DNA of 64,000 bases from Vulcanimicrobiota bacterium (GCA_963777315.1 CAVZQC010000004.1:64001-128000), one strand, 5' to 3'; positions 28,032-37,926 are shown, counted from the first letter of the stretch. Notes: generated from the sequence alone by a model not told the origin. Numbers and translations are program-made.

Positions 28032-28922
28032 CTACGTGCCCTGGGAGTTTTCGGACTCGGGCACCACCTGCCCGTAGTTGAGAATGGCGACGAGCAGCAC
28101 GCCGCCCACGCAGTTGCCCAAGAACACCGGAATCAGGAAACTGATCACGTACTGCGTCCATGGCCACGCGCCCGCCGACACGGCGTAGAGCGCTTCCACC
28201 GACCCGGCGATGATATGGCTCAAGCCTGCGGCTCCGACCAGCCAAGTGATGATCAGCACGATCCAAACCCGCTGCGGATTGGCTGCCGGCAATAACCAAA
28301 CCATGAGCGCGATGAGCCAGCCGGCCAGTATGCCTCTCCCGAAAACCTCACCGAATGTCGGCGCGAGCGCCTGCAGGCCGACCTGAAGAAACGCCGCCTT
28401 GACGTGCTCGGGGAAGATCGCCGTGTGCGCGCAGACTTGCGCGAATGCCGCCGCGCCGACCAAATTGGTGACGAGCACGATGCCCCACAGCCGCAGCATC
28501 TGCACGAGCTTTTTGGTTTTGTCGGGATCGTCGAGTACGGGCAGAATGGCCGTGAGCGTGTTTTCGGTGAACAATTGCTGACGTCCCAAGACGACGATCA
28601 TAAAGCCTAACGTATAACCGAGGTTTTCGAACAGCGTGCGCCACGGCGCGTCGGGCGCGTACGCGCGCAAAACGCCGATGCCCACCAGCGAAAAACCCAT
28701 CGACAATCCCGCCGCCAACCCGGAAAAAGCCAGCGCCAGCGCAGGGCGAGTGATCTCGCCTTCGCCTTCGCGGCGAACGGTTTCGAACACGACGGCGGCG
28801 CGCAGCGACGAACGCTTGCGGACTTCATGTTCCTCGTCCTTGGTCAGCTGAACCAGATTGCCCGGAGTTTCTTGAGGCTGCTCTGCGCCTTTGTCGGGTT
28901 CGCTTTCGGACTTGTCCGCCAC
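28032..28922 (-). CDS. Formate/nitrite transporter family protein (YfdC-like)
   Basis: SGLAAGLSMGFS, GRQQLFTENT, HIIAGS, GNCVGG. Confidence 0.9.
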   Translation of the reverse strand: MADKSESEPDKGAEQPQETPGNLVQLTKDEEHEVRKRSSLRAAVVFETVRREGEGEITRPALALAFSGLAAGLSMGFSLVGIGVLRAYAPDAPWRTLFENLGYTLGFMIVVLGRQQLFTENTLTAILPVLDDPDKTKKLVQMLRLWGIVLVTNLVGAAAFAQVCAHTAIFPEHVKAAFLQVGLQALAPTFGEVFGRGILAGWLIALMVWLLPAANPQRVWIVLIITWLVGAAGLSHIIAGSVEALYAVSAGAWPWTQYVISFLIPVFLGNCVGGVLLVAILNYGQVVPESENSQGT

Positions 28923-28977
28923 GGCGCCACTTTACCCCGTGTCCGCATCCGGATAACGTCCGGGCACTATCCGCGAC

Positions 28978-29667
28978 ATGCCCGCTTTGAAAGTGCTGGT
29001 TGCAGAAGACGATCCGGCCATTCGCGAGCTGCTGGAACATCATTTGAAGCGCGAAGGGTTCGACGTGATACTCGCCGGCGACGGAAATGTCGCGCTGCGC
29101 TGCTCGCGCGACGTCGCGGACGTCGTCATCTTGGACGTCGGATTGCCGGCGATTGACGGGTTTGAAGTTGCGCGCCGTCTGCGCCGGGAAAAACGCGACG
29201 TTCCGATCGTCATGCTCACGGCCAGAACCGATGAAATCGATCGCATCGTCGGCATCGAGCTCGGAGCGGACGATTATATTTGCAAACCCTTTTCGCCACG
29301 CGAAGTCGTCGCGCGGGTCAAGGCCGTCATGCGGCGCGCCGGCCAACCCTACGAGAGGCGCCCCAGCATCATGAACTTCGGGCGCCTGGAGATCGACGAA
29401 GCGGCGCGCGAGGTGCGCATCGACGGGCGCGACGTCAAGCTCAAGCCGCGCGAATTCGTCCTGCTGTCCGTGCTGGCGGCTAATGCCGGCGTCGCGCTTT
29501 CGCGGCGCACGCTGCTGGAAAAGGTGTGGGGTTTCGATTTCGAGGGCGACGAGCGCACCGTCGACGTACACGTGCGCCGGCTGCGCTGCAAGCTCGAAGA
29601 AGAGAGCGAGCTGCCGCCCATGCTGCAGACGGTTCATGGCTTCGGGTACAAGTTCGCGCGCGCATAA
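28978..29667 (+). CDS. OmpR/PhoB family response regulator
   Basis: Receiver D (ILDVGLP), GADDYICKPF, RTVDVHVRRLR, TVHGFGY. Confidence 0.96.
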   Translation: MPALKVLVAEDDPAIRELLEHHLKREGFDVILAGDGNVALRCSRDVADVVILDVGLPAIDGFEVARRLRREKRDVPIVMLTARTDEIDRIVGIELGADDYICKPFSPREVVARVKAVMRRAGQPYERRPSIMNFGRLEIDEAAREVRIDGRDVKLKPREFVLLSVLAANAGVALSRRTLLEKVWGFDFEGDERTVDVHVRRLRCKLEEESELPPMLQTVHGFGYKFARA

Positions 29668-29728
29668 GCGCCCGGCGCGGCTGCGCACGCTCTTGGCGCC
29701 GGTTGCGCGGGCGTGCTCGCACGTTGCG

Positions 29729-30808
29729 GTGCCGCTGCTGGTGTTGCGCTTGCCGCAATTCGAACGGATCGCCTGGCGGCAAGGCAAACGCGCCGCTCAG
29801 CGTCTGGAAAGAGCGACGACCACAGCGTTCGTCGACACTTGCGAGCGTGCGCTTCGCACGGGTGATTTGATCGCGCATGATACGGGCAGCGACGTCTTCG
29901 CAATCGTCATGGCTTCTCCGTCCCGCAAACTGCGCATTCCTTCGTCGGTCGACTGCCGTTCGGTGCTCGAGCGCGTCGCGGCCGCGATGTCGCTGTACGG
30001 CGACACCCCGGTGGAAACGGGCTGGACGCTGCTGCGAGAATTCGATGCGGCGTCGGGTTTTGCGCGCGAAATCGAACGCGCGCTCGAAAGGGGCGCGCGC
30101 GAGCGCGAACGCTACGAGTTTTTTGCAGCCATTGCGCACGAACTGCGAACGCCCCTCACTTCCATTCGCGGATACCTGGAAACGCTGCTCGAGCCGCAGG
30201 TGGACCGCGCGACGGCTCGCCGTTTCCTCGAGACGGCGCGGCGCGAAGCATTGCGCATGGGGCGTCTGCTCGACGGCATGTTCGAGTTCTCGTTGCTCGA
30301 TCTTTCGGCGCAAGCGGTGTTCGGCCGCAGTTGCGAGATCTCGGGGCAAATCGATTTGGCGTGCGAGGTCGTCCGGCCGCTCGCGCAGCAGCGCGGCGTG
30401 GCGCTGAGCGCCGGTGCGCGCCAAGACGTTTTCGCCTGCATCGAGCCCGATGCGTGCCTGCAATTGCTGGTGAACTTGCTCGACAATGCGATCAAATACG
30501 GGCGTGAAGGCGGCACCGTCCGCATTGCCGCCATCGTCGAGCGCGACGCCGTTGCCGTACTCGTCGACGACGACGGTCCGGGGATTGCCGCGGCCGAGCG
30601 CGAGTCGGTTTTTGGACTGCGAGTGCGGGGTGCGCAGGCTTCGAGCCGGCCGGGCACCGGCATCGGGTTGGCAATAGTAAAAATGATCGCCGAACGCGCC
30701 GGAGGCGCCATCAGCGTGGCGGAGTCGCCGATGGGCGGTGCGCGCTTTCGAGCCGAGCTCCCGCTGCGAGCGGCGTCGGGGGCGGAATCGACCACGAACG
30801 CGTCGTAG
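29729..30808 (+). CDS. Soluble sensor histidine kinase with a degenerate GGDEF-like N-terminal domain (start uncertain)
   Basis: AHELRTPLTSI, NLLDNAIKY, DDGPGI, GTGIGL; no TM segment. Confidence 0.88.
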   Translation: MPLLVLRLPQFERIAWRQGKRAAQRLERATTTAFVDTCERALRTGDLIAHDTGSDVFAIVMASPSRKLRIPSSVDCRSVLERVAAAMSLYGDTPVETGWTLLREFDAASGFAREIERALERGARERERYEFFAAIAHELRTPLTSIRGYLETLLEPQVDRATARRFLETARREALRMGRLLDGMFEFSLLDLSAQAVFGRSCEISGQIDLACEVVRPLAQQRGVALSAGARQDVFACIEPDACLQLLVNLLDNAIKYGREGGTVRIAAIVERDAVAVLVDDDGPGIAAAERESVFGLRVRGAQASSRPGTGIGLAIVKMIAERAGGAISVAESPMGGARFRAELPLRAASGAESTTNAS

Positions 30809-30818
30809 ATAACCGCCC

Positions 30819-31151
30819 GTGGCAATTCACCGGCCGCGGTTCGCGCACTGCAGCGAAGCGCAGTTCGCCCGACTCCTGGATTTTTACCACGTTCAATGGC
30901 TGTACGAGCCCTGCACGTTCCCCATCGCCTGGGACGCAAGCGGCAACGTCGTCGAATGGTTCGCGCCGGACTTTTACCTTCCGCAGTACGACTCGTTTTT
31001 GGAAATAACGGTTCAGAGCGCGCGGCTGCAATCCCGTAAGAACCGCAAGATCCGGCTGCTCCGGCAAGCGTATCCCGACCTCGCGATCAAACTCTTTACG
31101 CGGCACGACGTCGAGCGCGTGTTTTCGAATAGGTTCTCCCGCGCTTCGTGA
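30819..31151 (+). CDS. Hypothetical PD-(D/E)XK nuclease-like protein
   Basis: SE..FA..LD, YEP, PDFYLP..FLEIT; overlaps hpt start (GTGA). Confidence 0.7.
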   Translation: MAIHRPRFAHCSEAQFARLLDFYHVQWLYEPCTFPIAWDASGNVVEWFAPDFYLPQYDSFLEITVQSARLQSRKNRKIRLLRQAYPDLAIKLFTRHDVERVFSNRFSRAS

Positions 31152-31690
31152 TCGCGGACAAGCTCTTTGACGAAGCGGCCATAGCGGCCCGCGTCCGCGA
31201 ATTGGGCGCCTGCATCGACGCAGATTATGCCGGCGATTATCCGATGATCGTTGGAGTGCTTACCAGCTCGGCCGTCTTCGTGGCGGATCTCACGCGGGCG
31301 ATCGAGATACCCTGCGAGTTCGATTTCATCGCGCTCAGCCGGTACCGGGAGGCGCCGGACCATACGGCCGGCCGGTCCGAGGGCATCCGCTTCGTGAAAG
31401 ATACTTCGGCTTCGGTCGAGGGCCGGCACGTGATTCTCGTGGAGGATACGATCGATACCGGGCTTACGCTGCAATACGTCACGAAAACGCTGCTTGCGCG
31501 CGAACCCGCGTCGCTGGAGGTGTGCACCCTGCTCGATCGCCCGCACCGGCGGATCGCCGGCGTTCAGGTGAAGTACCGCGGGTTCGAGATACCCGACGTG
31601 TTCGTCGTCGGATACGGCTTGGATTACCAAGGCCGTTATCGCGAACTGCCCGAGATTTACGCGCACGGAAGCTGGCCGCAGCAGTCGTGA
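31148..31690 (+). CDS. hpt: Hypoxanthine phosphoribosyltransferase
   Basis: VILVEDTIDTGLTL PRPP motif, FVVGYGLDY..YRELP. Confidence 0.95.
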   Translation: MIADKLFDEAAIAARVRELGACIDADYAGDYPMIVGVLTSSAVFVADLTRAIEIPCEFDFIALSRYREAPDHTAGRSEGIRFVKDTSASVEGRHVILVEDTIDTGLTLQYVTKTLLAREPASLEVCTLLDRPHRRIAGVQVKYRGFEIPDVFVVGYGLDYQGRYRELPEIYAHGSWPQQS

Positions 31691-32983
31691 AACGCACGCT
31701 TGTTCTTTTCTTGTGCTTAGTTGCGGCCACTGCGGGATTCCCGCAAGCGCTCGAACTGCAGTCGATCGCTCAAGCCGCGGCCGGCTATCAAAACTCCAAC
31801 GCGCATTTGCAAGAGATGTTTCGCGCCGCGCTGCTCGATACGGCCGGCCTCGCACAGGTTGCGCCGGACGGCACGGCCTACGTAAAGACCGGCGACATAC
31901 CGGCTGAATGGCTGCGCGATTCCAGCGCTCAAGTGCGCCCGTACCTGTATTATGCCAAGCACGACGCCGCAACGCGCCGGCTGCTGCAAGGCATCATCGC
32001 GCGTCAAGCGCGCTATATCGCAATCGACCCGTACGCGAACGCATTCACGCTGGATTATCGCGTGTGGGAAGAGAAGTTCGAACTGGATTCGCTGGCATAT
32101 CCCGTGACGTTGGCGTGGAGCTGATTGGCACGTCACCGGGGATGCGTCGGTGTTCACGTCCGATGAATCAAAGGCGTTCGATGCGATTCTGGCGACCATG
32201 GAGCGCGAGCAGGACCATCCGCGTGCGTCGCGCTACACGCACAAAGAGCTGATCGGCGGGCGGGGGCGCCCGACCGGATATACCGGCATGATTTGGACCG
32301 GTTTCCGGCCTTCCGACGACGCCTGCTACTACAATTTTCTCATTCCGTCCGAAATGTTCGCCGTCGTGGCGCTGGGCGACATGGCACAGATCGAACGCGA
32401 GGTTTACCACAATCTGATCAAAGCGCAGGAAGCGCAATCGCTCCGCGACGAGGTTCAGCGCGGCATTCAGCGCTACGGCATCGTACCGGTCCTGAAGTAC
32501 GGCTACATTTACGCCTACGAAGTGGATGGGCTCGGACACGCGATCCTCACGGACGACGCCAACGTGCCCAGTCTGCTGTCCGCGCCGTACATCGGTTACT
32601 CCACGACCGGCGACCGCTACTATCTCAATACGCGCGCGTTTCTGCTCTCGCAGGACAATCCGTCGTACTACACCGGAAACGTCGCGCGCGGCATCGGCAG
32701 CTACCACACGCCGGACCGGTGGGTGTGGCCGCTCGCAATGGTCATGGAAGGTCTGACGGCGTCGACGCGCACCGAAAAGCAGAATGTGCTCAATCAGCTG
32801 CTGGCCATCGATACGGGCGACCATCTGCTGCACGAGTCCTTCGATCCCAACGATCCCAAGCGGTTCACGCGCCAGGATTTCGGTTGGCCCAACGCGCTGT
32901 TCAGCGAGTTCGTCATGACGTCGTTCGAAGGCGTATCGCAGATTCCCATGGGCGACACGTCGGATCTGGAATTCATCAACTAG
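31687..32983 (+). pseudogene. Secreted GH125 (exo-alpha-1,6-mannosidase-like) interrupted by a one-base insertion at ~32123
   Basis: KTGDIPAEWLRDS, DPYANAF, EKFELDSL, then GFRPSDD, DDANVPSLLS, HESF, FGWPNALF in the next frame. Confidence 0.85.
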
Positions 32984-32990
32984 GAATCCC

Positions 32991-34238
32991 CTGAAAGCAT
33001 CACGCAGCGTCGACGTCATCGTCGGCATCCAGTGGGGCGACGAAGGCAAAGGCCGCATCGTCGATTATTACGCGCGCGACTACGACGTCGTAGCCCGCTT
33101 CGGCGGCGGCGACAATGCCGGACATTCGATCCGCGTGGGCGATCGCAAACTCGCGCTGCGCATCGTTCCTTCAGCGGTGCTGCAAGAGCGCTGCGAGCTG
33201 TTCATCGGCGGGGGAACGGTGATCAGCCTGACCGGTTTACTTGAAGAACTGGATTCACTGGCGAGCATCGGCATCGACGTAGCGCGGGTGCGCATTTCGG
33301 ATCGTGCCCACGTCGTGTTCGCGTATCACGCTGCGGCGGACAAGGCGGCCGAAGCCCGGCGCGGAGCGCAAGCTATCGGAACGACGGGGCGCGGTATCGG
33401 GCCCGCGTACGCTGATAAGGCCGCGCGCAGCGGCATTACCTTCGCAGACTTGCTCGACGAGCGCGTCGTCGCGGAGAAGCTGCGCTATAAAGACGCCGAA
33501 GATCTGCTCGGACGAACGTTGGACGCCGCGCGACGCGTGCGCCCGCATATCGTCGACGGCGTGGAGTATCTGCACGGCGCGATTGAAAGCGGTCGCCGCG
33601 TGCTCGTGGAAGGCGCGCAAGGATCCCTGCTGGACGTGGGCTACGGCACGTATCCGTACGTGACGTCGTCGCACACCATCGCCGGCGGTGCATGCATCGG
33701 ACTTGGCATCGGTCCTACGGCCGTCGGTGCGGTGACCGGCGTCGTCAAAGCGTATTGCACGCGCGTCGGCGGGGGACCGTTTCCGTCGGAACTGAACGAC
33801 GAGAACGGCGATCGCCTGCGCGCCAAAGGCGCCGAGTTCGGCGTCGTTACCGGACGCGCGCGCCGCTGCGGGTGGTTCGACGCGCCGGCAGCCCGTTACG
33901 CCGCTCGAATCAACGGTTTGACCGCGGCGGTCCTGACCAAACTCGACGTCTTAACCGGATTCGAACGTTTGGGTTTGGTAACGGCGTACCGTTTGAACGG
34001 CAAGCCGGCGGCATTCGGCGCGGCGGCCCGCGAGGGCTTGCAAGCGCAGGTCGAATATCTCGAAGGCTGGACCGAAGATCTGCAGGACGTGCGCCGCATT
34101 GCCGACTTGCCGGCGGCGGCGCGCAGCTACGTGCGCCGAATCGAATCGATACTCGGAGTGCCCATACAATGCGTTTCCGTGGGGCCCGAACGCTCGCAGC
34201 TGGCGGTCGAAAAATCGCAAGACGTGCCCGATTATTAA
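32991..34238 (+). CDS. purA: Adenylosuccinate synthetase (apparent CTG start)
   Basis: GIQWGDEGKGR and GGDNAGH lie upstream of the ORF-track start; IGTTGRGIGP, EGAQG, GTYPYVTSS, TRVG.GPF. Confidence 0.96.
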   Translation: MKASRSVDVIVGIQWGDEGKGRIVDYYARDYDVVARFGGGDNAGHSIRVGDRKLALRIVPSAVLQERCELFIGGGTVISLTGLLEELDSLASIGIDVARVRISDRAHVVFAYHAAADKAAEARRGAQAIGTTGRGIGPAYADKAARSGITFADLLDERVVAEKLRYKDAEDLLGRTLDAARRVRPHIVDGVEYLHGAIESGRRVLVEGAQGSLLDVGYGTYPYVTSSHTIAGGACIGLGIGPTAVGAVTGVVKAYCTRVGGGPFPSELNDENGDRLRAKGAEFGVVTGRARRCGWFDAPAARYAARINGLTAAVLTKLDVLTGFERLGLVTAYRLNGKPAAFGAAAREGLQAQVEYLEGWTEDLQDVRRIADLPAAARSYVRRIESILGVPIQCVSVGPERSQLAVEKSQDVPDY

Positions 34239-34264
34239 GTTTCTACGCCCCTGAAATCGAATCG

Positions 34265-34291
34265 TAAAGCGCCGCGGATATCGTCCGATAC
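34265..34291 (+). promoter_or_regulatory. Putative sigma28 promoter for fliF
   Basis: TAAA-N15-TCCGATAC versus consensus TAAA-N15-GCCGATAA. Confidence 0.7.
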
Positions 34292-34315
34292 ACATGGTTG
34301 AGGTTCCTTAGAAGG

Positions 34316-34339
34316 TCGCCGAGCAGGGACGCCCGGCGA
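34316..34339 (+). promoter_or_regulatory. Hairpin with AGGGAC hexaloop (CsrA-type site) in the fliF leader
   Basis: TCGCCG-A-GC-[AGGGAC]-GC-C-CGGCGA. Confidence 0.5.
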
Positions 34340-34377
34340 GCAGGCCACGGTCGGCCGCGTTCGGGTCAGGTGAACTT

Positions 34378-36012
34378 TTGGATCGCATCACGGTGATGTG
34401 GAACGATATCGCCGGCCGGCTGCGAGCATTGTGGGAAGGTCCCAACAAGATGCTCCTCGTCGGCGCCGGCGGCGTTTTCGTCGTGGCGCTTCTCGGTCTT
34501 GCGATGTTGTACGCGGCGCACCGCCCCGCGTACGAAGTGCTTTTCTCCAACCTCTCCGCTTCGGACGCCGCCGCCGCAACCCAGCATTTAAAGGATGACA
34601 AGGTCCCGTACCGGTTGTCCGCAGACGGCAAAACGGTGTACGTTCCCTCGGGGAACGTTTCCGACGAACGAGTAGCGATTGCCGGATCGAACGTCATCAA
34701 AGGCGGGTCGACCGGTTACGAGCTCTTCGATCGCACGAACTTCGGAATGACCGAGTTCGAAGAGAAGGTCGACAAGACGCGCGCAATCGAAGGCGAGCTC
34801 GAGCGCACTATCGAGGGCTTAGACCCCGTCCAGGCCGCACGCGTTCAGGTGGCGCAGCCGGATCAAACGCTCTACAGCAGCACCGCAAGCCCGACGACTG
34901 CATCGGTGGCGATCACGGCCAAACCCGGCATGGAGCTTTCACCCCAGCAAGTGCAGGGCGTTACGATGCTCGTGGCGCGCGCCGTGGATGGGCTCAAACC
35001 GCAGGACGTTACGATCGTCGACCAGGACGGCCGTGTGCTCGTGCCGCCGGCGGGTGCAACGTCGGACCAGCCCGATCCGCTCAATCTCACGCAAGAGCAA
35101 CTGGCTGCCAAGCAGCGCTACGAGGCCGCGGTGCAGGCGAGCATTCAATCGATGCTCGATCAAACGCTGGGTCCGCGGCACGCCGTCGCCCGCGTTTCCA
35201 CGAAAATGAATTTCGACGCCGACACGAGCGAAACCAAAACGTACGCTCCGAACGGAACGATACTGTCCGCACAGTCCAAACGTGAATCGTATAACGGCAC
35301 GCAGCCACGCGCCGCGGCCGGCATACCGGGAACCACGAGCAACATTCCGACGTATCAGGCGCAGCAGCAAGGGCCGGGCGGACGCTACAACAAGTCGGAA
35401 ACGACCACCAACTACGACGTCTCCGAAACCAACGCCAAGCACATCGACGCGCCGGGCAAGGTGCTTTCTACCAGCGTTGCCGTCGTGCTCAATGCAGCGG
35501 CGGTCTCAGCGGGCGCGGGCAAGACGCAGGCGCCGTATCAAATCACGCCTGCGATGCGCCGGCAAATTCAGAACGTCGTCGTCGCCGCGGCCGGTCTCAA
35601 TCTGAGCACCGGCGACCAGGTTTCGGTTGAAAGCATTCCGTTCAATCCCACGGTGAGCGCGCCCGAACCGCTCACCGGACAATCGCCCGCGCCGATGCTG
35701 GGCGTTCCGCTTTGGGCAGTGGCGCTCGTGCTCGGAGCCGCAGCGTTGCTCGCGCTGGCGCTAGCCGCAGGACTCGCGCGCCGCCGCTCGTTCGGTCGCG
35801 GCAGGGGGCTGCCTTCGTTCGACTCCACGCTCGCCGAAGAGCTGCCCGCGTTCGAAGAGCAAGCCATGCTCGACGGCGGTCCGGGACTCGCCACGCCGAT
35901 TCGCTCGTCCGCCGATCTGACGCGCGAGCAGATGGTGGAATACGTCACGACCGTCGCGCGCGAAAATCCGGACAGCATTGCCAAGCTGGTGAAACTGTGG
36001 CTGGCGGAGTAA
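34378..36012 (+). CDS. fliF: Flagellar MS-ring protein
   Basis: LFSNL, GYELFD, RAIEGELERTI, TIVDQDG, two TM segments, C-terminal LVKLWL. Confidence 0.95.
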   Translation: MDRITVMWNDIAGRLRALWEGPNKMLLVGAGGVFVVALLGLAMLYAAHRPAYEVLFSNLSASDAAAATQHLKDDKVPYRLSADGKTVYVPSGNVSDERVAIAGSNVIKGGSTGYELFDRTNFGMTEFEEKVDKTRAIEGELERTIEGLDPVQAARVQVAQPDQTLYSSTASPTTASVAITAKPGMELSPQQVQGVTMLVARAVDGLKPQDVTIVDQDGRVLVPPAGATSDQPDPLNLTQEQLAAKQRYEAAVQASIQSMLDQTLGPRHAVARVSTKMNFDADTSETKTYAPNGTILSAQSKRESYNGTQPRAAAGIPGTTSNIPTYQAQQQGPGGRYNKSETTTNYDVSETNAKHIDAPGKVLSTSVAVVLNAAAVSAGAGKTQAPYQITPAMRRQIQNVVVAAAGLNLSTGDQVSVESIPFNPTVSAPEPLTGQSPAPMLGVPLWAVALVLGAAALLALALAAGLARRRSFGRGRGLPSFDSTLAEELPAFEEQAMLDGGPGLATPIRSSADLTREQMVEYVTTVARENPDSIAKLVKLWLAE

Positions 36013-36014
36013 AT

Positions 36015-37097
36015 ATGGAAACGCCCATCGTCAACTTGAGCGACGTTCCCGTCGACCTGTCCCACAGCGCCTTTGCTGCGGGCGAAGTGCTTTCGGTCGC
36101 GGACGTGTCGGGGCCCGAAAAAGCCGCGATTCTCGTCATCACGCTGGGTCTGGACCTGTCCGCTTCGATCTTCAAGTATTTGCGTCAGGACGAAGTCGAA
36201 CGCATCGTGCTGGAAATCGCCAAGACGTCCACGGTGCCGCTGGACAAGCGCGATGCGGTGATCGCCGAGGCATACCAGCGCGCAATCGCGCTCAAGTACA
36301 TCAACGAAGGCGGCATCGAATACGCCAAGGAGATTCTGGAACGATCGTTCGGCGCGGGACAAGCCGACGACATGACCAATCGGCTTTTTGCCGCCCTCAA
36401 GCACGGCAATCCGCTCGAGCTGATCAAAAAGACCGAACCCGCGCAGTTGCTGCAGTTCATTCAAGACGAGCACCCGCAGACGATCGCGCTGATTTTGGTG
36501 TACATGGCCGCCGACCAAGCCGGTGCGGTCATTTCGGCGCTTCCGCCCGATCTGCAAGCTGAAGTGGCCATGCGCATCGCCATCCTGCAAAAGACGGCTC
36601 CCGAAGTGCTCGAGCAGCTCGACGAATTGCTCGGACGCCGGCTGCTGGTCACCGGCGCAGACTTTGCCAAAGCCGGCGGCGTTCAGTCCCTGGCCAACGT
36701 CATGGGCTTCGTCGACCGTGAAACCGAGAGAAACATTCTCGAAGGCTTGGAAAAACGCGATCCGGAGCTGGCGGTCGAGGTCAAAAACCTGCTCTTCGTC
36801 TTCGAAGACATCATCAATCTGGACGACCGTTCGATCCAGCGGATACTCAAAGAGGTCGACGGCAAGGATCTCGCGCTGGCTCTCAAAACCGCCAACGAAG
36901 ACTTGCTCGGGCGCATCTTCAAGAACATGTCCTCGCGCGCGGGTCAGACGCTGCGTGAAGAGATCGAACTGCTCGGTCCGGTGCGCATGCGCGAGGTTGG
37001 TAAAGCGCAGCAGGCTATCGTCGACGTCATCCGCACGCTGGAAGAGAACGGGCAAATCGTGATCGCTCGGGGCGCAAAAGATGAGCGCCTGGTATGA
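36015..37097 (+). CDS. fliG: Flagellar motor switch protein
   Basis: KAAIL, GGIEYA, EHPQTIA, FVFEDI, LALALK, LGPVR. Confidence 0.97.
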   Translation: METPIVNLSDVPVDLSHSAFAAGEVLSVADVSGPEKAAILVITLGLDLSASIFKYLRQDEVERIVLEIAKTSTVPLDKRDAVIAEAYQRAIALKYINEGGIEYAKEILERSFGAGQADDMTNRLFAALKHGNPLELIKKTEPAQLLQFIQDEHPQTIALILVYMAADQAGAVISALPPDLQAEVAMRIAILQKTAPEVLEQLDELLGRRLLVTGADFAKAGGVQSLANVMGFVDRETERNILEGLEKRDPELAVEVKNLLFVFEDIINLDDRSIQRILKEVDGKDLALALKTANEDLLGRIFKNMSSRAGQTLREEIELLGPVRMREVGKAQQAIVDVIRTLEENGQIVIARGAKDERLV

Positions 37098-37122
37098 TCG
37101 TTTACCCTGACCCCAAGGGCGC

Positions 37123-37926
37123 ATGGGCCGCATAGTCAAAGGCGCGCGCTTTGCCGTGCAGGCGTATCAAGTCAAACCGCCCCAGCCCGAAAGGCCCGCG
37201 GTTGCACCGGTATTCGAGGACGCCGTTGCGCCCGCTCCCGCCATCGATTTGGTCGATGTGCGCGCGCAGGCCGACCGGATTGTCGAAGACGCGAGCGAGC
37301 GCGCCGGCAGACTCGTCGCCGAAGCGGAGCGGACCGCAGGACAGCTCGTCACGGGAGCGCAGCGACGCGTTGAAGAGATAGAGGCTGCGGCCCAGCGATC
37401 CGGATACGATCGCGGCATCGCCGACGGGCGTGCCGCCGCGCAAACCGAGATGGACGACATGCTCGAGACGATGCGCGGGCTGCTGGAAATGGCCCGCATC
37501 GAACGCCACAAGATCATCGAGAGCGCCGAACCTGAGATCGTTCGCTTGAGCGTGGCTATCGCGGAACGCATTCTCAACGCTCACGTTGCGGTTTCACCTT
37601 CTGCGGTGCTCGAGATGGCAAAATCCGCCATTACGCGGTTGGTCAACCGCGAAACCGTCACCGTGCGCGTCAACCCGGCCGATATCGCGACGATGCGCGA
37701 GCATCGCGATGGGCTCATGGCGATGAACGACATCGACAACCTGCGCGTCATCGAAGACAACCGCGTGGATCGCGGCGGCGTACTGATAGAAACGCAGGCC
37801 GGCACGATCGACGCGAAGATCGCCACGCAGCTGCGGGAAGTTCGCCGTCTGCTGGCGGTCGAGGAGCCGATGTCCGTCACTCCCTCGATCGACGCCGCTT
37901 TGATCGCCCCCGCGCAAGCGAGCTGA
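37123..37926 (+). CDS. fliH: Flagellar assembly protein
   Basis: GxxxG repeat (GYDRGIADG), VRVNPAD, RGGVLIET. Confidence 0.9.
   Translation: MGRIVKGARFAVQAYQVKPPQPERPAVAPVFEDAVAPAPAIDLVDVRAQADRIVEDASERAGRLVAEAERTAGQLVTGAQRRVEEIEAAAQRSGYDRGIADGRAAAQTEMDDMLETMRGLLEMARIERHKIIESAEPEIVRLSVAIAERILNAHVAVSPSAVLEMAKSAITRLVNRETVTVRVNPADIATMREHRDGLMAMNDIDNLRVIEDNRVDRGGVLIETQAGTIDAKIATQLREVRRLLAVEEPMSVTPSIDAALIAPAQAS

Noticed and set aside
28032..28922. Nitrite channel functionally linked to the sNOR-like operon
   Set aside because: YfdC-like subfamily of unclear substrate, 19 kb away, no linking evidence
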